From an uncultured Bacteroidales bacterium (GTDB taxonomy: Bacteria > Bacteroidota > Bacteroidia > Bacteroidales > WCHB1-69), in NCBI GenBank assembly GCA_905235135.1, contig CAJOKR010000039.1, forward strand, positions 3,972-67,971: a stretch of DNA of 64,000 nucleotides, written 5' to 3'. The notes beneath the pieces are model-generated. The model made no database searches, was not told the DNA's origin, and was given only the letters and a program-made list of their open reading frames with translations. The stretch's first letter is position 1; each line of letters starts with the position of its first letter. The position numbers and the translations under genes were made by a program. Positions 44,000 through 53,071 of the stretch are shown one piece after another.

Positions 44000-44458
44000 A
44001 CTGTTATAAATTTCGTTTATAGGTTCAAAGAATTCTATGTTGCAAAGATACAACAAAACGAAGCGTTTGTCAAGAGTTTTGAGAAATTTTTATCCAGCTG
44101 GTTTTCAAAGGAATGCGAGTTTCGATTTAACAATTCGACGTTGAATTGTTAAATTCCGACACGAGATTTGGCAGAAACTGTTCCCCAAGCCCCAGTACCC
44201 TACCAGCACCCTCGTTCCAAAGGTGTACCCAAGTCCTACCCAAGTCAAAAGGGCTTGCTTGGACTTGCGAAGTACTTGGGTAGTACTTGGGAAGGACTTG
44301 CCATATACTGTTCAAACCGTGATCCGGAATGATTTTGCGTCATGCGTACCCGTCCTATCCCCTCTCATCCCGAATGCAAAAAACATTGCGTTTTTTGCAG
44401 ATTATATAGCGGAAAATGCTATTTTTGCAGATTGAATGTGTAATGCCAAATCATTGAT

Positions 44459-47400
44459 ATGTTAGAACTTACCATTACCAAGTCGTTGAACAAGGCATAC
44501 CGGCAAATCCCTGTTGACCGCGCCGCCTTCGATAATTTCAAAAAACAGTTGCATTTCCTTTATGAACAGATTTCCTCCGTGAACAGAGAAGAAAAGCTAA
44601 AAGGAGATTTGATGGATTTCCTGAAAATGTCGTTCTATGGGCAAACTTACAAAGTGTCACCCAACGGCGATATCGACTGCGCTATCCATCTTGGTAGTAG
44701 CATAGATGACCCAGTCGGTGTTATCTTCGAGGTTAAGACGCCGACTAACAAATCTGAAATGATTACAAAGGAAGATCTCAACCGCAAAGCCTTGCAAGAA
44801 TTGCTTCTTTATTACCTCCGGGAGCGTCATGCAAAGAAAAACTTCCAGCTCAAACAGCTTGTGGTCACCAATGTTAATGAGTTTTTTGTTTTCGACGCAC
44901 AGGAGTTCGAACGCTTATTCTACTCCAACAAGAAACTCATCAAACGTTTTGAAGAATATAGTGCGGGGGAATTGACCTCTGAAAAGACTGACTTTTTCTA
45001 CAAAGAGATAGCCGCTGATTTTATTGCCAAAGTGCTGGATCAGTTGACATTCACTTGGTTCGATATCCAGAAATACAAAATTCCCCTTGACACAGGCAAT
45101 GATAAGCGCCTCATAGAGCTGTTCAAGTTTTTCAGTCCAGAACATCTTCTGAAAAAACGCTTCCAAAACGACAGTAACTCTCTCAACACCAAGTTCTATA
45201 GCGAACTTTTGTACATCATAGGACTGGAAGAGGTGGAAGAAAAAGACAGCCATAAGCGCATTATTACACGGCGGAAACAGAACGAACGCTATCCAGCTTC
45301 CCTTCTTGAAAATGCTATCAACATATTAGACGCAGAAGACTGTATTGACAATGTTGAGGAGCGCTATTATTACGGAAAGACTCGTGAAGAGCAACTCTTC
45401 AACATAGCTTTATCCCTAACTATCAATTGGGTGAACCGCGTATTGTTTCTGAAGCTTCTCGAGGCACAACTTGTAAAATACCACAAAGGGGACCAAAGTT
45501 ACGCGTTTATGCGAACCACCTTGATTCCTGATTATGATGAGCTTAACAAACTCTTCTTCCAAGTCCTGGCCAAACGTGTTGCAGATCGTTCCGACACTAT
45601 CAATGCTAAATATGGCAAGGTTCCGTATTTGAATAGCTCACTGTTTGAGATTAGCCACTTGGAACGTTACGCAATTCGTATCAGCAACCTTGAAAACAGT
45701 GAACTTCCCCTTTATACTGGCACCGTCCTCAAAGATGGACAAAAGCCTCGCTATAAGCAGCTCCCAACGCTTCGCTATTTGCTTGAATTTCTTGATGCAT
45801 ATGATTTTGCAAGCGAAGGGACAGAAGAAGTTCAAGAGCAAGCTAAGACGCTTATCAACGCCTCAGTTCTCGGCTTAATCTTCGAGAAAATCAACGGTCA
45901 CAAGGATGGTTCCGTCTTTACGCCGGGTGCTGTCACCATGTACATGAGCCGCGAAGCTATCCGACAAACAATAGTTAGACGTTTCAATGAAGAAATGAAC
46001 TGGAACTGCAAAGACTACGATGACCTTAAGAACAAAGATATAGAAGACCTTGCTCTCGCCAATGCCATTGTAGATTCCCTGCGTATCTGTGACCCCGCTG
46101 TCGGTTCCGGTCACTTTTTAGTATCTGTCCTTAACGAAATCATCCGTACCAAATACGATCTCGGTATTTTGGTTGACGGATCTGGAAGACGCATCAAAAA
46201 ACAAGACTATAGCATTGATATAGAGAATGATGAACTGCTCGTTTCTGATGAGGAGGGTAATCCTTTCTCTTATACCCCTGGCAATCCTGAAAGCCAACGT
46301 GTTCAAGAGACGCTTTTCAACGAAAAGCGCAAAATCATAGAAGACTGTCTTTTCGGAGTGGACTTGAACCCGAATGCTGTAAACATTTGTCGTCTCCGCC
46401 TTTGGATTGAACTGCTGAAGAACGCCTATTATACAAAAGAAAGCAATTTCACTGAATTAGAGACACTTCCCAACATTGACATCAACATCAAGGAGGGTAA
46501 TTCTCTGTTACACCGTTTTGACTTGAATCAGGACATTTCTGACATACTCCGCAAAAATGGTATTTCTATAAGTGAATATTATAGGGCGGTCAATGATTAC
46601 AAAAACGCCCACAGCAAAGAGGAGAAACGGAAACTTGTGGATTACTTGAAGCAAATTAAAGGGAACCTTCGCACTCAAATTGGGCTGAACGATCCCAAAC
46701 TGAAGAGCAAGCGTCAATTGCAACGCGAACTGGACAATCTGACAGCCCCACAACTTTTTGAAATCAGCAAGAAAGAACAGGCTGCGCGTGACAAAAAGGC
46801 AAAGGAATTGCAGGTCAAGATAGACAAAATTCAAAAAGAGATTGATGAGATCCGTGACAACAAGGTTTTTGTAGATGCTTTCGAGTGGCGCATTGAGTTC
46901 CCTGAAGTGTTGGATGAAAACGGCAAGTTCATCGGATTTGATTGTGTTATTGGCAATCCGCCGTACATACAGCTTCAAAAAATGGGTGCGGATGCCGATG
47001 CACTCCAAAAAATGAATTACCAAACCTACGAGCGCACTGGCGATATTTATTGTCTGTTCTACGAAATGGGCATGGCATTGTTGAAGCCTGGAGCTTTGTT
47101 GTCGTTTATTACTTCAAACAAGTGGATGAGAGCGGGATATGGTGAATCACTGCGTGAATTTCTTGCCAATCAATGCGACCCGATCTTGTTGATTGATTTT
47201 GCCAACAACAAAATATTTGATTCGGCAACTGTTCTTGTAAACATACTATCTCTGATAAAAAGAAACAATTTGAAGAAAACACTTGCTTGCTCGGTTGAAG
47301 ATGGTTTTGACATCGGGAAACTGAGCGATTATGTGGAGACACATACACAATACTCCATCTTTGGTAAAGATGCTTGGACCATACTAAGCGACATTGAACT

Positions 47401-48184
47401 AAGTATCAAAACTAAAGTTGAATCAGTTGGTATTCCTCTTAAAGACTGGGATGTAGAAATATACCGTGGTGTTTTGACTGGTTATAACGATGCTTTTATC
47501 ATCAGCTCAGAGAAAAGAAACGAAATCCTTGATAATTGCGCTGATGAAGAAGAGCGTGAAAGAACGTCCGCAATCATTCGACCAATTCTTCGCGGACGGG
47601 ATGTAGCACGGTACAAGTATAATTGGGCTGATTTGTGGCTGATCAACACCCATAACGGTATTAAAGGCAAATTGGAGCGCATTCATATAGAGGACTACCC
47701 TGCTATCAAGCAACATCTTGATTATTATTGGGATAAGATAGAGTCCAGAGCTGACAAAGGCGGCTCTCCTTATAACCTTCGAAATTGCGCCTATATGGAC
47801 GAATTTTCGAAGCCAAAAATCGTATGGGGAAATTTGAACACATCTGGGAGTTATGCACTAGCGCCTGAAAACATGTTCATAAACGCCCCCTCTTGCATGA
47901 TTGTGCCTGGTAACAGATATCTATTGGCTGCACTTAATTCCAAAGTGGTAGATTATTACATTCGAACACTTGGAGTCGTTCGTAACGGCGGATTTTTTGA
48001 ATACAAACCCATGTTTGTTGAAAAAATACCTATTCCAAAGATAACGACTGAACAAGAATTGGCCTTTGACGAATTACTATCTTCATCTCTAACTGATAGC
48101 GACAGAGACGCCAAGACTGACAAATTGATGTGTGAACTATACGGTTTATCAGAAGAAGAAATCAGTTTTCTCCAAAATCAATAA
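44459..48184 (+). CDS. Type IIG restriction-modification enzyme (Eco57I-like, REase + N6-adenine MTase + TRD)
   Basis: DIDCAI..IFEVK (PD-D/ExK), DPAVGSGHFL (motif I), GNPPY (motif IV), TaqI-like C-terminal PILRGRD..PKIVW..LNS. Confidence 0.93.
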   Translation: MLELTITKSLNKAYRQIPVDRAAFDNFKKQLHFLYEQISSVNREEKLKGDLMDFLKMSFYGQTYKVSPNGDIDCAIHLGSSIDDPVGVIFEVKTPTNKSEMITKEDLNRKALQELLLYYLRERHAKKNFQLKQLVVTNVNEFFVFDAQEFERLFYSNKKLIKRFEEYSAGELTSEKTDFFYKEIAADFIAKVLDQLTFTWFDIQKYKIPLDTGNDKRLIELFKFFSPEHLLKKRFQNDSNSLNTKFYSELLYIIGLEEVEEKDSHKRIITRRKQNERYPASLLENAINILDAEDCIDNVEERYYYGKTREEQLFNIALSLTINWVNRVLFLKLLEAQLVKYHKGDQSYAFMRTTLIPDYDELNKLFFQVLAKRVADRSDTINAKYGKVPYLNSSLFEISHLERYAIRISNLENSELPLYTGTVLKDGQKPRYKQLPTLRYLLEFLDAYDFASEGTEEVQEQAKTLINASVLGLIFEKINGHKDGSVFTPGAVTMYMSREAIRQTIVRRFNEEMNWNCKDYDDLKNKDIEDLALANAIVDSLRICDPAVGSGHFLVSVLNEIIRTKYDLGILVDGSGRRIKKQDYSIDIENDELLVSDEEGNPFSYTPGNPESQRVQETLFNEKRKIIEDCLFGVDLNPNAVNICRLRLWIELLKNAYYTKESNFTELETLPNIDINIKEGNSLLHRFDLNQDISDILRKNGISISEYYRAVNDYKNAHSKEEKRKLVDYLKQIKGNLRTQIGLNDPKLKSKRQLQRELDNLTAPQLFEISKKEQAARDKKAKELQVKIDKIQKEIDEIRDNKVFVDAFEWRIEFPEVLDENGKFIGFDCVIGNPPYIQLQKMGADADALQKMNYQTYERTGDIYCLFYEMGMALLKPGALLSFITSNKWMRAGYGESLREFLANQCDPILLIDFANNKIFDSATVLVNILSLIKRNNLKKTLACSVEDGFDIGKLSDYVETHTQYSIFGKDAWTILSDIELSIKTKVESVGIPLKDWDVEIYRGVLTGYNDAFIISSEKRNEILDNCADEEERERTSAIIRPILRGRDVARYKYNWADLWLINTHNGIKGKLERIHIEDYPAIKQHLDYYWDKIESRADKGGSPYNLRNCAYMDEFSKPKIVWGNLNTSGSYALAPENMFINAPSCMIVPGNRYLLAALNSKVVDYYIRTLGVVRNGGFFEYKPMFVEKIPIPKITTEQELAFDELLSSSLTDSDRDAKTDKLMCELYGLSEEEISFLQNQ

Positions 48185-49083
48185 AACCAATATATAACTG
48201 TTCTTCTTTAGTTAAACCATAAAGGTCAAAAATCTGCTTATCTATTATTATAGCCTTTTCTTGAGTATAATCGTTTTGTATATCCTCGACAAGAGTTGCA
48301 AATCGTTGTTCTTGCTCTACAGAAACGCTAATCACAGGAATGTCATCCATGAAGATTTTGCTCAATTCTCTTGTTTTTCCTTGTAATTCAGGGAATTTGT
48401 TTGCAAAACAGAACTTGAAAAGAGAAGAATTTAAAAATGCTGTTAAGAATCCGAGCTTCTCTCCTGTCACAATGAAACACTTTTGGTTTGTCAAAAACCC
48501 CTTGGTGTCAAACACAAAAGGAAGGAACTTGGTCATATTCGGATAAATAATTTTTGGCTTCGAAAATTCGTCCCAATAACTGATACTATCCTGTGTTTCA
48601 AACCACTTATTATTCGTTTTTTTTCTTGCTTTTACCTTTTCTCCATCAATAAAATACTCTTTGCCTGTTTGCTCCAATCGCTCCATTCCAAAACCAAGAA
48701 GAAATGATTTAAGTGATTGATAATCATCTATATTATACTGTCTTGACGGGAATGTCGCAATGATATACTTCTCATCCCAATTGTAACTATAACGCTTGAT
48801 GTCCCGTCCCCTTAATATTGGTCGAATGATTGCGGACGTTCTTTCACGCTCTTCATCACTCTGGCAATTGGAAAGTATTTGCTCCCTTTTTGCCGAATCA
48901 ATAATAAAAGCATCATTGAACCCTGTCTTTATTCCATAGTTGATGGAAACATCCCAATCTTTCAATGGTGTGCCAACGGATTCAATCTTTGCTTTGATGG
49001 ATCGCTCAATGTCGGTCAAAATAGACCAAGTTTCGAAGGAATCGAACTCAGAATTAACAGCATGTGTCTCCACATAATCGCTC
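47323..49083. mobile_element. Invertible segment bounded by perfect 22-bp inverted repeats (47323-47344 and 49062-49083)
   Basis: gagcgattatgtggagacacat and its exact reverse complement atgtgtctccacataatcgctc; inversion keeps the reading frame. Confidence 0.88.
48162..49073 (-). CDS. Silent alternative C-terminal specificity domain (TRD) of the type IIG enzyme
   Basis: Shares W.IL.DIE.SIK.K.ESVG.PLKDWDV..TG.NDAFII..ERERTSAIIRPILRGRD with the expressed TRD, then diverges; begins inside the inverted repeat. Confidence 0.9.
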   Translation of the reverse strand: METHAVNSEFDSFETWSILTDIERSIKAKIESVGTPLKDWDVSINYGIKTGFNDAFIIDSAKREQILSNCQSDEERERTSAIIRPILRGRDIKRYSYNWDEKYIIATFPSRQYNIDDYQSLKSFLLGFGMERLEQTGKEYFIDGEKVKARKKTNNKWFETQDSISYWDEFSKPKIIYPNMTKFLPFVFDTKGFLTNQKCFIVTGEKLGFLTAFLNSSLFKFCFANKFPELQGKTRELSKIFMDDIPVISVSVEQEQRFATLVEDIQNDYTQEKAIIIDKQIFDLYGLTKEEQLYIGFIDFGEN

Positions 49084-49692
49084 CTATTCTTCCTTCAAAA
49101 AAGTGTTTACAAATCGACACAAAGTGTTGCGGTCCACTTTGCAGATGACAGCTATTTTTCGTCGTGATATCCCAGCCTTCAACAATTCCGATATTAGGTT
49201 TTTCTTGGGGTAGAGCTTGTACTTTTTTTCATCCGTCTTCTTGCCAACAGGCCGTCCCAAAACAACACCGTCTGCCTTTTTTCTCGCCAACGCCTCTTTC
49301 GTCCGCTGGCTGATGAGGTTTCTTTCAATCTCTGCCGACAATCCAAAAGCAAATGCCAGCACCTTGCTCTGGATGTCGTCACCAAGACGGTAATTGTCCT
49401 TGATGGTCCACACCCGACATTCTTTCTTCATACAAAGGCTCAGGATTTCCATAATCATGAAAAGGCTTCTGCCCAATCGGGACAGCTCGGCACAGATAAT
49501 CAAATCGTCTTTCTGAACTTTCTTCAACAGCCGCCCCAGCTCCCGTTTGTCATAATTCTTGGTTCCGCTGATGGTTTCCTCAATCCAGCCGTCAATGTGC
49601 AGGTTCTCTTTCAAGCAGAAGTTGTTAATCTCAAAGCGTTGGTTCTCCACCGTCTGCTTATCGGAGGAGACGCGAATGTAACCGTAAATCAT
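49084..49692 (-). CDS. mpi: Mpi-family serine DNA invertase
   Basis: MIYGYIRVSSDKQTVENQRFEI, ELSRLGRS, SKVLAFAFGLSAEIERNLISQRTKEAL..LGRP, C-terminal HTH. Confidence 0.92.
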   Translation of the reverse strand: MIYGYIRVSSDKQTVENQRFEINNFCLKENLHIDGWIEETISGTKNYDKRELGRLLKKVQKDDLIICAELSRLGRSLFMIMEILSLCMKKECRVWTIKDNYRLGDDIQSKVLAFAFGLSAEIERNLISQRTKEALARKKADGVVLGRPVGKKTDEKKYKLYPKKNLISELLKAGISRRKIAVICKVDRNTLCRFVNTFLKEE

Positions 49693-49777
49693 ATCTTTGC
49701 TTTTTTACAAAGATACGGTTATTAAATAACGTTGTATAAAACGGCAGCGATGTTTTACCGTTTCAACCATCCAAGTA

Positions 49778-50116
49778 TCAAATACCATACAACATTGCGC
49801 CCAGAATAGGGTTGTCTTCTTTTATTTTCTCTCTGCATGCCCTGTCTCTTGCATTAACAAAGGCTGACCTAATATCCCACTCATTCTCATCATCCATCAT
49901 ATACCTGCGTTCTTCCGTATCGAGCACATCGCATTGCTTGCCATTGTCGTCCCAGAGCTCGTCTATGTCGAAAAAGTCGCTCATCTCCGAGAGCTCATAC
50001 CAGGCCACGCATTTCCCATCATACCGCATGGCATCCTTTATCTTGTTGTACATGTACTCCTCAAGCGCTATCCGCTGCGCTATGTCCAACGGTCCGGTTA
50101 TGATCTGTTTTTCCAT
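49778..50116 (-). CDS. Small acidic hypothetical protein (112 aa)
   Basis: ATG about 35 nt downstream of TACCTTTG in the CRISPR repeat; 27 D/E vs 15 K/R by hand count. Confidence 0.65.
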   Translation of the reverse strand: MEKQIITGPLDIAQRIALEEYMYNKIKDAMRYDGKCVAWYELSEMSDFFDIDELWDDNGKQCDVLDTEERRYMMDDENEWDIRSAFVNARDRACREKIKEDNPILGAMLYGI

Positions 50117-50140
50117 ATCTCTACGATTACGATTTTGGCA

Positions 50141-50262
50141 TTTCAGACTGCAAAGGTACAAAACTTTTGAAAGCTATTCACAACAGCCGCAGCCTGGCAT
50201 GGAAGATCGTGAAGACTGTTTCAGACTGCAAAGGTACAAAACTTTTGAAAGCTATTCACAAC
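50141..50262 (-). CRISPR. Orphan mini-CRISPR: two type II-C-like repeats and one 30-nt spacer
   Basis: 44-nt identical direct repeats at 50141-50184 and 50219-50262; full unit GTTGTGAATAGCTTTCAAAAGTTTTGTACCTTTGCAGTCTGAAACAGT (50215-50262); spacer 50185-50214; no cas gene seen in the window. Confidence 0.82.
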
Positions 50263-50707
50263 TAGCGTTGAATAGTGGTTCCCAGTTGCAGTCCTCAGGC
50301 GTGTCCATTATGCCACCTCTGTATTTATAAACAAATTTTGCCCAAAATGATCTTACATAAATACCGTCTTCTTTCAGAACCGCATGAGCACCGTCTGGTA
50401 TTTTATAGACAATGCCGTTGGCTTTTATTCCGTCAATGTGTTTTACAACATCTCCGGCTTGAACAACATAAAGGGTATCGCTGTTTTCATCTTTGGCCAA
50501 AATCGGTGACATAGTTTTGTTTTTCACCACTGATCTTGACACAAACATTGAATATACAAGCGAGGCTCCAGTAACGGCCATTGGTATCGGGAACCATCCT
50601 TCCATTGACTTGCTTATTATGAAGCAAACAAACAGCAATACTGTTACTACCGTCGCCACATCTGCTAATAAATACCCGTCTATTGTTCCAAACTTCTTCG
50701 TCTCCAT
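50252..50707 (-). CDS. Hypothetical membrane protein whose last codons and stop lie in the CRISPR repeat
   Basis: Two N-terminal hydrophobic helices; ends ..gct agt tgt gaa tag. Confidence 0.65.
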   Translation of the reverse strand: METKKFGTIDGYLLADVATVVTVLLFVCFIISKSMEGWFPIPMAVTGASLVYSMFVSRSVVKNKTMSPILAKDENSDTLYVVQAGDVVKHIDGIKANGIVYKIPDGAHAVLKEDGIYVRSFWAKFVYKYRGGIMDTPEDCNWEPLFNASCE

Positions 50708-51060
50708 ATTTTAGATTTTTCTACATTGCATTAACAATCAGATGCGTTAATTATTGTCATCATTGACAAGACCTCAGCTCTTCCACTAATTTTGAATACA
50801 AATGAACAAATTTGTTGTTAATGCACGTTTTTCGTATCCGAATTTTTTGTTTCTTTGCAGCGTCCTTTGGTGGTTGGTACAACACCCTTCTTGGGGCGGG
50901 AAAAGATTCAGAGTAACCACTTTCTAAACTTTCAGAATTAGCACCACAGCCTCTTTACGTGTTGCTGCTACCGGCTGTTCTGGAAGTTATTCTTTTATCT
51001 ACTTTCACTGCATACACAATATTGGACTCTCTGCTACGTTACCCGTGAAAAAACAAACCT

Positions 51061-51825
51061 ATGAATCAAGATGTACAACAAGAAATGCCGGGCTTTTTCC
51101 GCCAAGTGACCAACTGGAAGGAGTTGCGGTTCTATCAGAAAACGGAAGTCCTTTACCAACTCACTTACGTGTTTTGTGAGCGGTTCCTGCCTAAATACGG
51201 AGACCGCACCGTGGACCAGATGCGCCAGGCAGCACGCTCGGGGAAACAGAACATTGTGGAAGGGGCAGAGGATGGAAAGATGTCCAACGAGATGGAGCTG
51301 AGACTGATGAATGTTGCCAGAGGGAGCATTGGCGAACTACGTCAGGATTTCGGTGATTATCTCAAATCCCGCCATTTGCCTATTTGGACCCCCGCTGACA
51401 AGCGTTTCCAACCTATGCAGGACTTCACCAAAACGCACAACACCCTCAGCGACTACGAGCCTTATTTCCAAAAGTGGACTGCCGAGGAGATGGCCAACGT
51501 CGGCCTCACCTTGTGCTACCAAGTGGACGTGATGATGAACCGCTACATGAAGACAATGGAACAAACTTTCATCAAGGAAGGAGGCGTGAAAGAGCGGATG
51601 CACAAAGCCCGCAGCAACTACCGCCAGCAGCAAGACGACCGTCTGGCGGAACTGGAACGCAGCGTTCCGCTGCTTCAGCAGCAGCTTGCTGCTGCCCAGA
51701 AAGAGGCATCCCAATGGAAAGCCGCCTATGAAAACCTAAAGCAACGGGCTGTCAAGGCTTATCGTTTGCAGCAGGAAGAAATAGAAATGCTGAAGAAAAG
51801 AATTGGCAAAGAACAGGAACTATAG
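51061..51825 (+). CDS. Four-helix-bundle protein (TIGR04258-like) with C-terminal coiled coil
   Basis: FYQK..LYQLT..FC.RFL..DRTVDQM.QAARSGKQNIVEG..NVARGS..EL..D..DYL..F..EGG..E.M..AR. Confidence 0.85.
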   Translation: MNQDVQQEMPGFFRQVTNWKELRFYQKTEVLYQLTYVFCERFLPKYGDRTVDQMRQAARSGKQNIVEGAEDGKMSNEMELRLMNVARGSIGELRQDFGDYLKSRHLPIWTPADKRFQPMQDFTKTHNTLSDYEPYFQKWTAEEMANVGLTLCYQVDVMMNRYMKTMEQTFIKEGGVKERMHKARSNYRQQQDDRLAELERSVPLLQQQLAAAQKEASQWKAAYENLKQRAVKAYRLQQEEIEMLKKRIGKEQEL

Positions 51826-52047
51826 ATTTATCGGAACTATTCTCGAATCATTTTTCTTTTCCGCTCAATCTTTTTTGCGCAAAAAGGGTATTGTAAAGAT
51901 CGGAATGGTGGCTCGCCTGTTACGCTATGAGGGAAAACTATGGCGGCATCGGACAGTCTCCGGCAACGGCAAGCACTCCCCGCCGCCCTTGTTTCTCTTT
52001 TTCACCCCTTGCACGGCGCACCATTCCGCAGGCGACGTCAGGAGCCG

Positions 52048-52330
52048 GCGGAATCTCCGCCTCGCTAGGGCTGGGTGTTGCGGTGACCTGCATCTGCGAG
52101 GACGCAGATGCCTCCATAGTGATGCGTCCCTCCCCGCCAAATTCCTCCAAAAATCCACCCGTCATACCCAACGAGCAATCCCAATCTTTTTCGCACATTT
52201 TTACAATTTTGCAACTTTTATATCGAAACCTGCAAGTTTTATATCGAAAAATGAAACTTTTATATGTTTGATTTTTAACAATTTAAATTAATTTCGCTCT
52301 TGGTTTTCTCGAAAAGATTTTGTATGTTTG
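52048..52330 (+). repeat. Non-coding module B, copy 1 (copy 2 at 54330-54600), ending in a TAnnTTTG promoter
   Basis: gcggaatctccgcctcgc..gcatctgcgaggacgcagatgc..aaaatccacccgtcatacccaacgagcaat..tgtatgtttg in both copies. Confidence 0.9.
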
Positions 52331-52375
52331 CTATCTGGAATTATTAATATGTTTTATTACTAAAATTAAATTGTT

Positions 52376-52978
52376 ATGACTAACATTATGGATATGGAAG
52401 ACAAAATGATCACCCTGAGAAACCAGCAGGTGATTCTGGATTCTGATGTGGCTGAGCTCTACGATGTAGAGACTCGTGACATCAACAAGGCGGTCAAAAA
52501 CAATCCGAGGAAATTTCCGAAAGGCTACATTATTGAATTGGATGCCTCCGAGAAGAATGAACTGGTGGAAAATTTCCACCGGTTCGAAAAACAAAAGCAC
52601 TCAACTGTAAACCCTAAAGCTTTTACGGAAAAAGGGTTGTACATGCTGGCCACCATCCTGAAAAGCCCCAAAGCTGTGGAAACCACCATCGCCATTGTGG
52701 AAGCTTACGCGAAATTGCGTGAACTCGCTCAGGTGATTGCCGAAGTGTCGCAACACAAGGACGACAAATCGGCGCAGCAATCGCTGATGCAACGCGGTGG
52801 ACAGCTGGCGGCGGAGCTACTGGCAGACAATCTTCCGATTCAAAGCAGCGAGACCTCCGTTGAGCTGAATCTCGCCATGTTCAAACTCAAGCACACTGTG
52901 AAGCGGGAAAACGACAATGAGGAACGGATCGCGCGTCTTGAAGCAGAACTGGCAGAACTCAAAAAAGAGAGGCAGTAA
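52376..52978 (+). CDS. ORF6N (KilA-N-like) domain protein
   Basis: RNQQVILDSDVAELY.VETRDINKAVKNN..KFP..PKAFTEKGLYMLATILKSP. Confidence 0.88.
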   Translation: MTNIMDMEDKMITLRNQQVILDSDVAELYDVETRDINKAVKNNPRKFPKGYIIELDASEKNELVENFHRFEKQKHSTVNPKAFTEKGLYMLATILKSPKAVETTIAIVEAYAKLRELAQVIAEVSQHKDDKSAQQSLMQRGGQLAAELLADNLPIQSSETSVELNLAMFKLKHTVKRENDNEERIARLEAELAELKKERQ

Positions 52979-52989
52979 AGAGACTCCAT

Positions 52990-53046
52990 AAAATCATTTG
53001 CAGAAGCCGTTGACCGCAGGAGATTCCGCCGCTCACTCCGTTCGCC
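52990..53046 (+). repeat. Non-coding module A, copy 1 (copy 2 at 54272-54328, diverged copy at 55562-55690)
   Basis: aaaatcatttgcagaagccgttgaccgcaggagRttccgccgctcactccgttcgcc; one mismatch between copies 1 and 2. Confidence 0.9.
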
Positions 53047-53071
53047 GTTGGTTTACAGGTTTTGCTACGAT

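Noticed and set aside
50846-51060. Long leader before the four-helix-bundle gene, possibly a UpxY-type ops leader or riboswitch
   Set aside because: No motif could be identified with confidence, and no upxY or polysaccharide genes follow.
51061-51825. Four-helix-bundle (Avd-like fold) gene as part of a diversity-generating retroelement
   Set aside because: No reverse transcriptase and no TR/VR pair with adenine-specific mismatches seen in the window.
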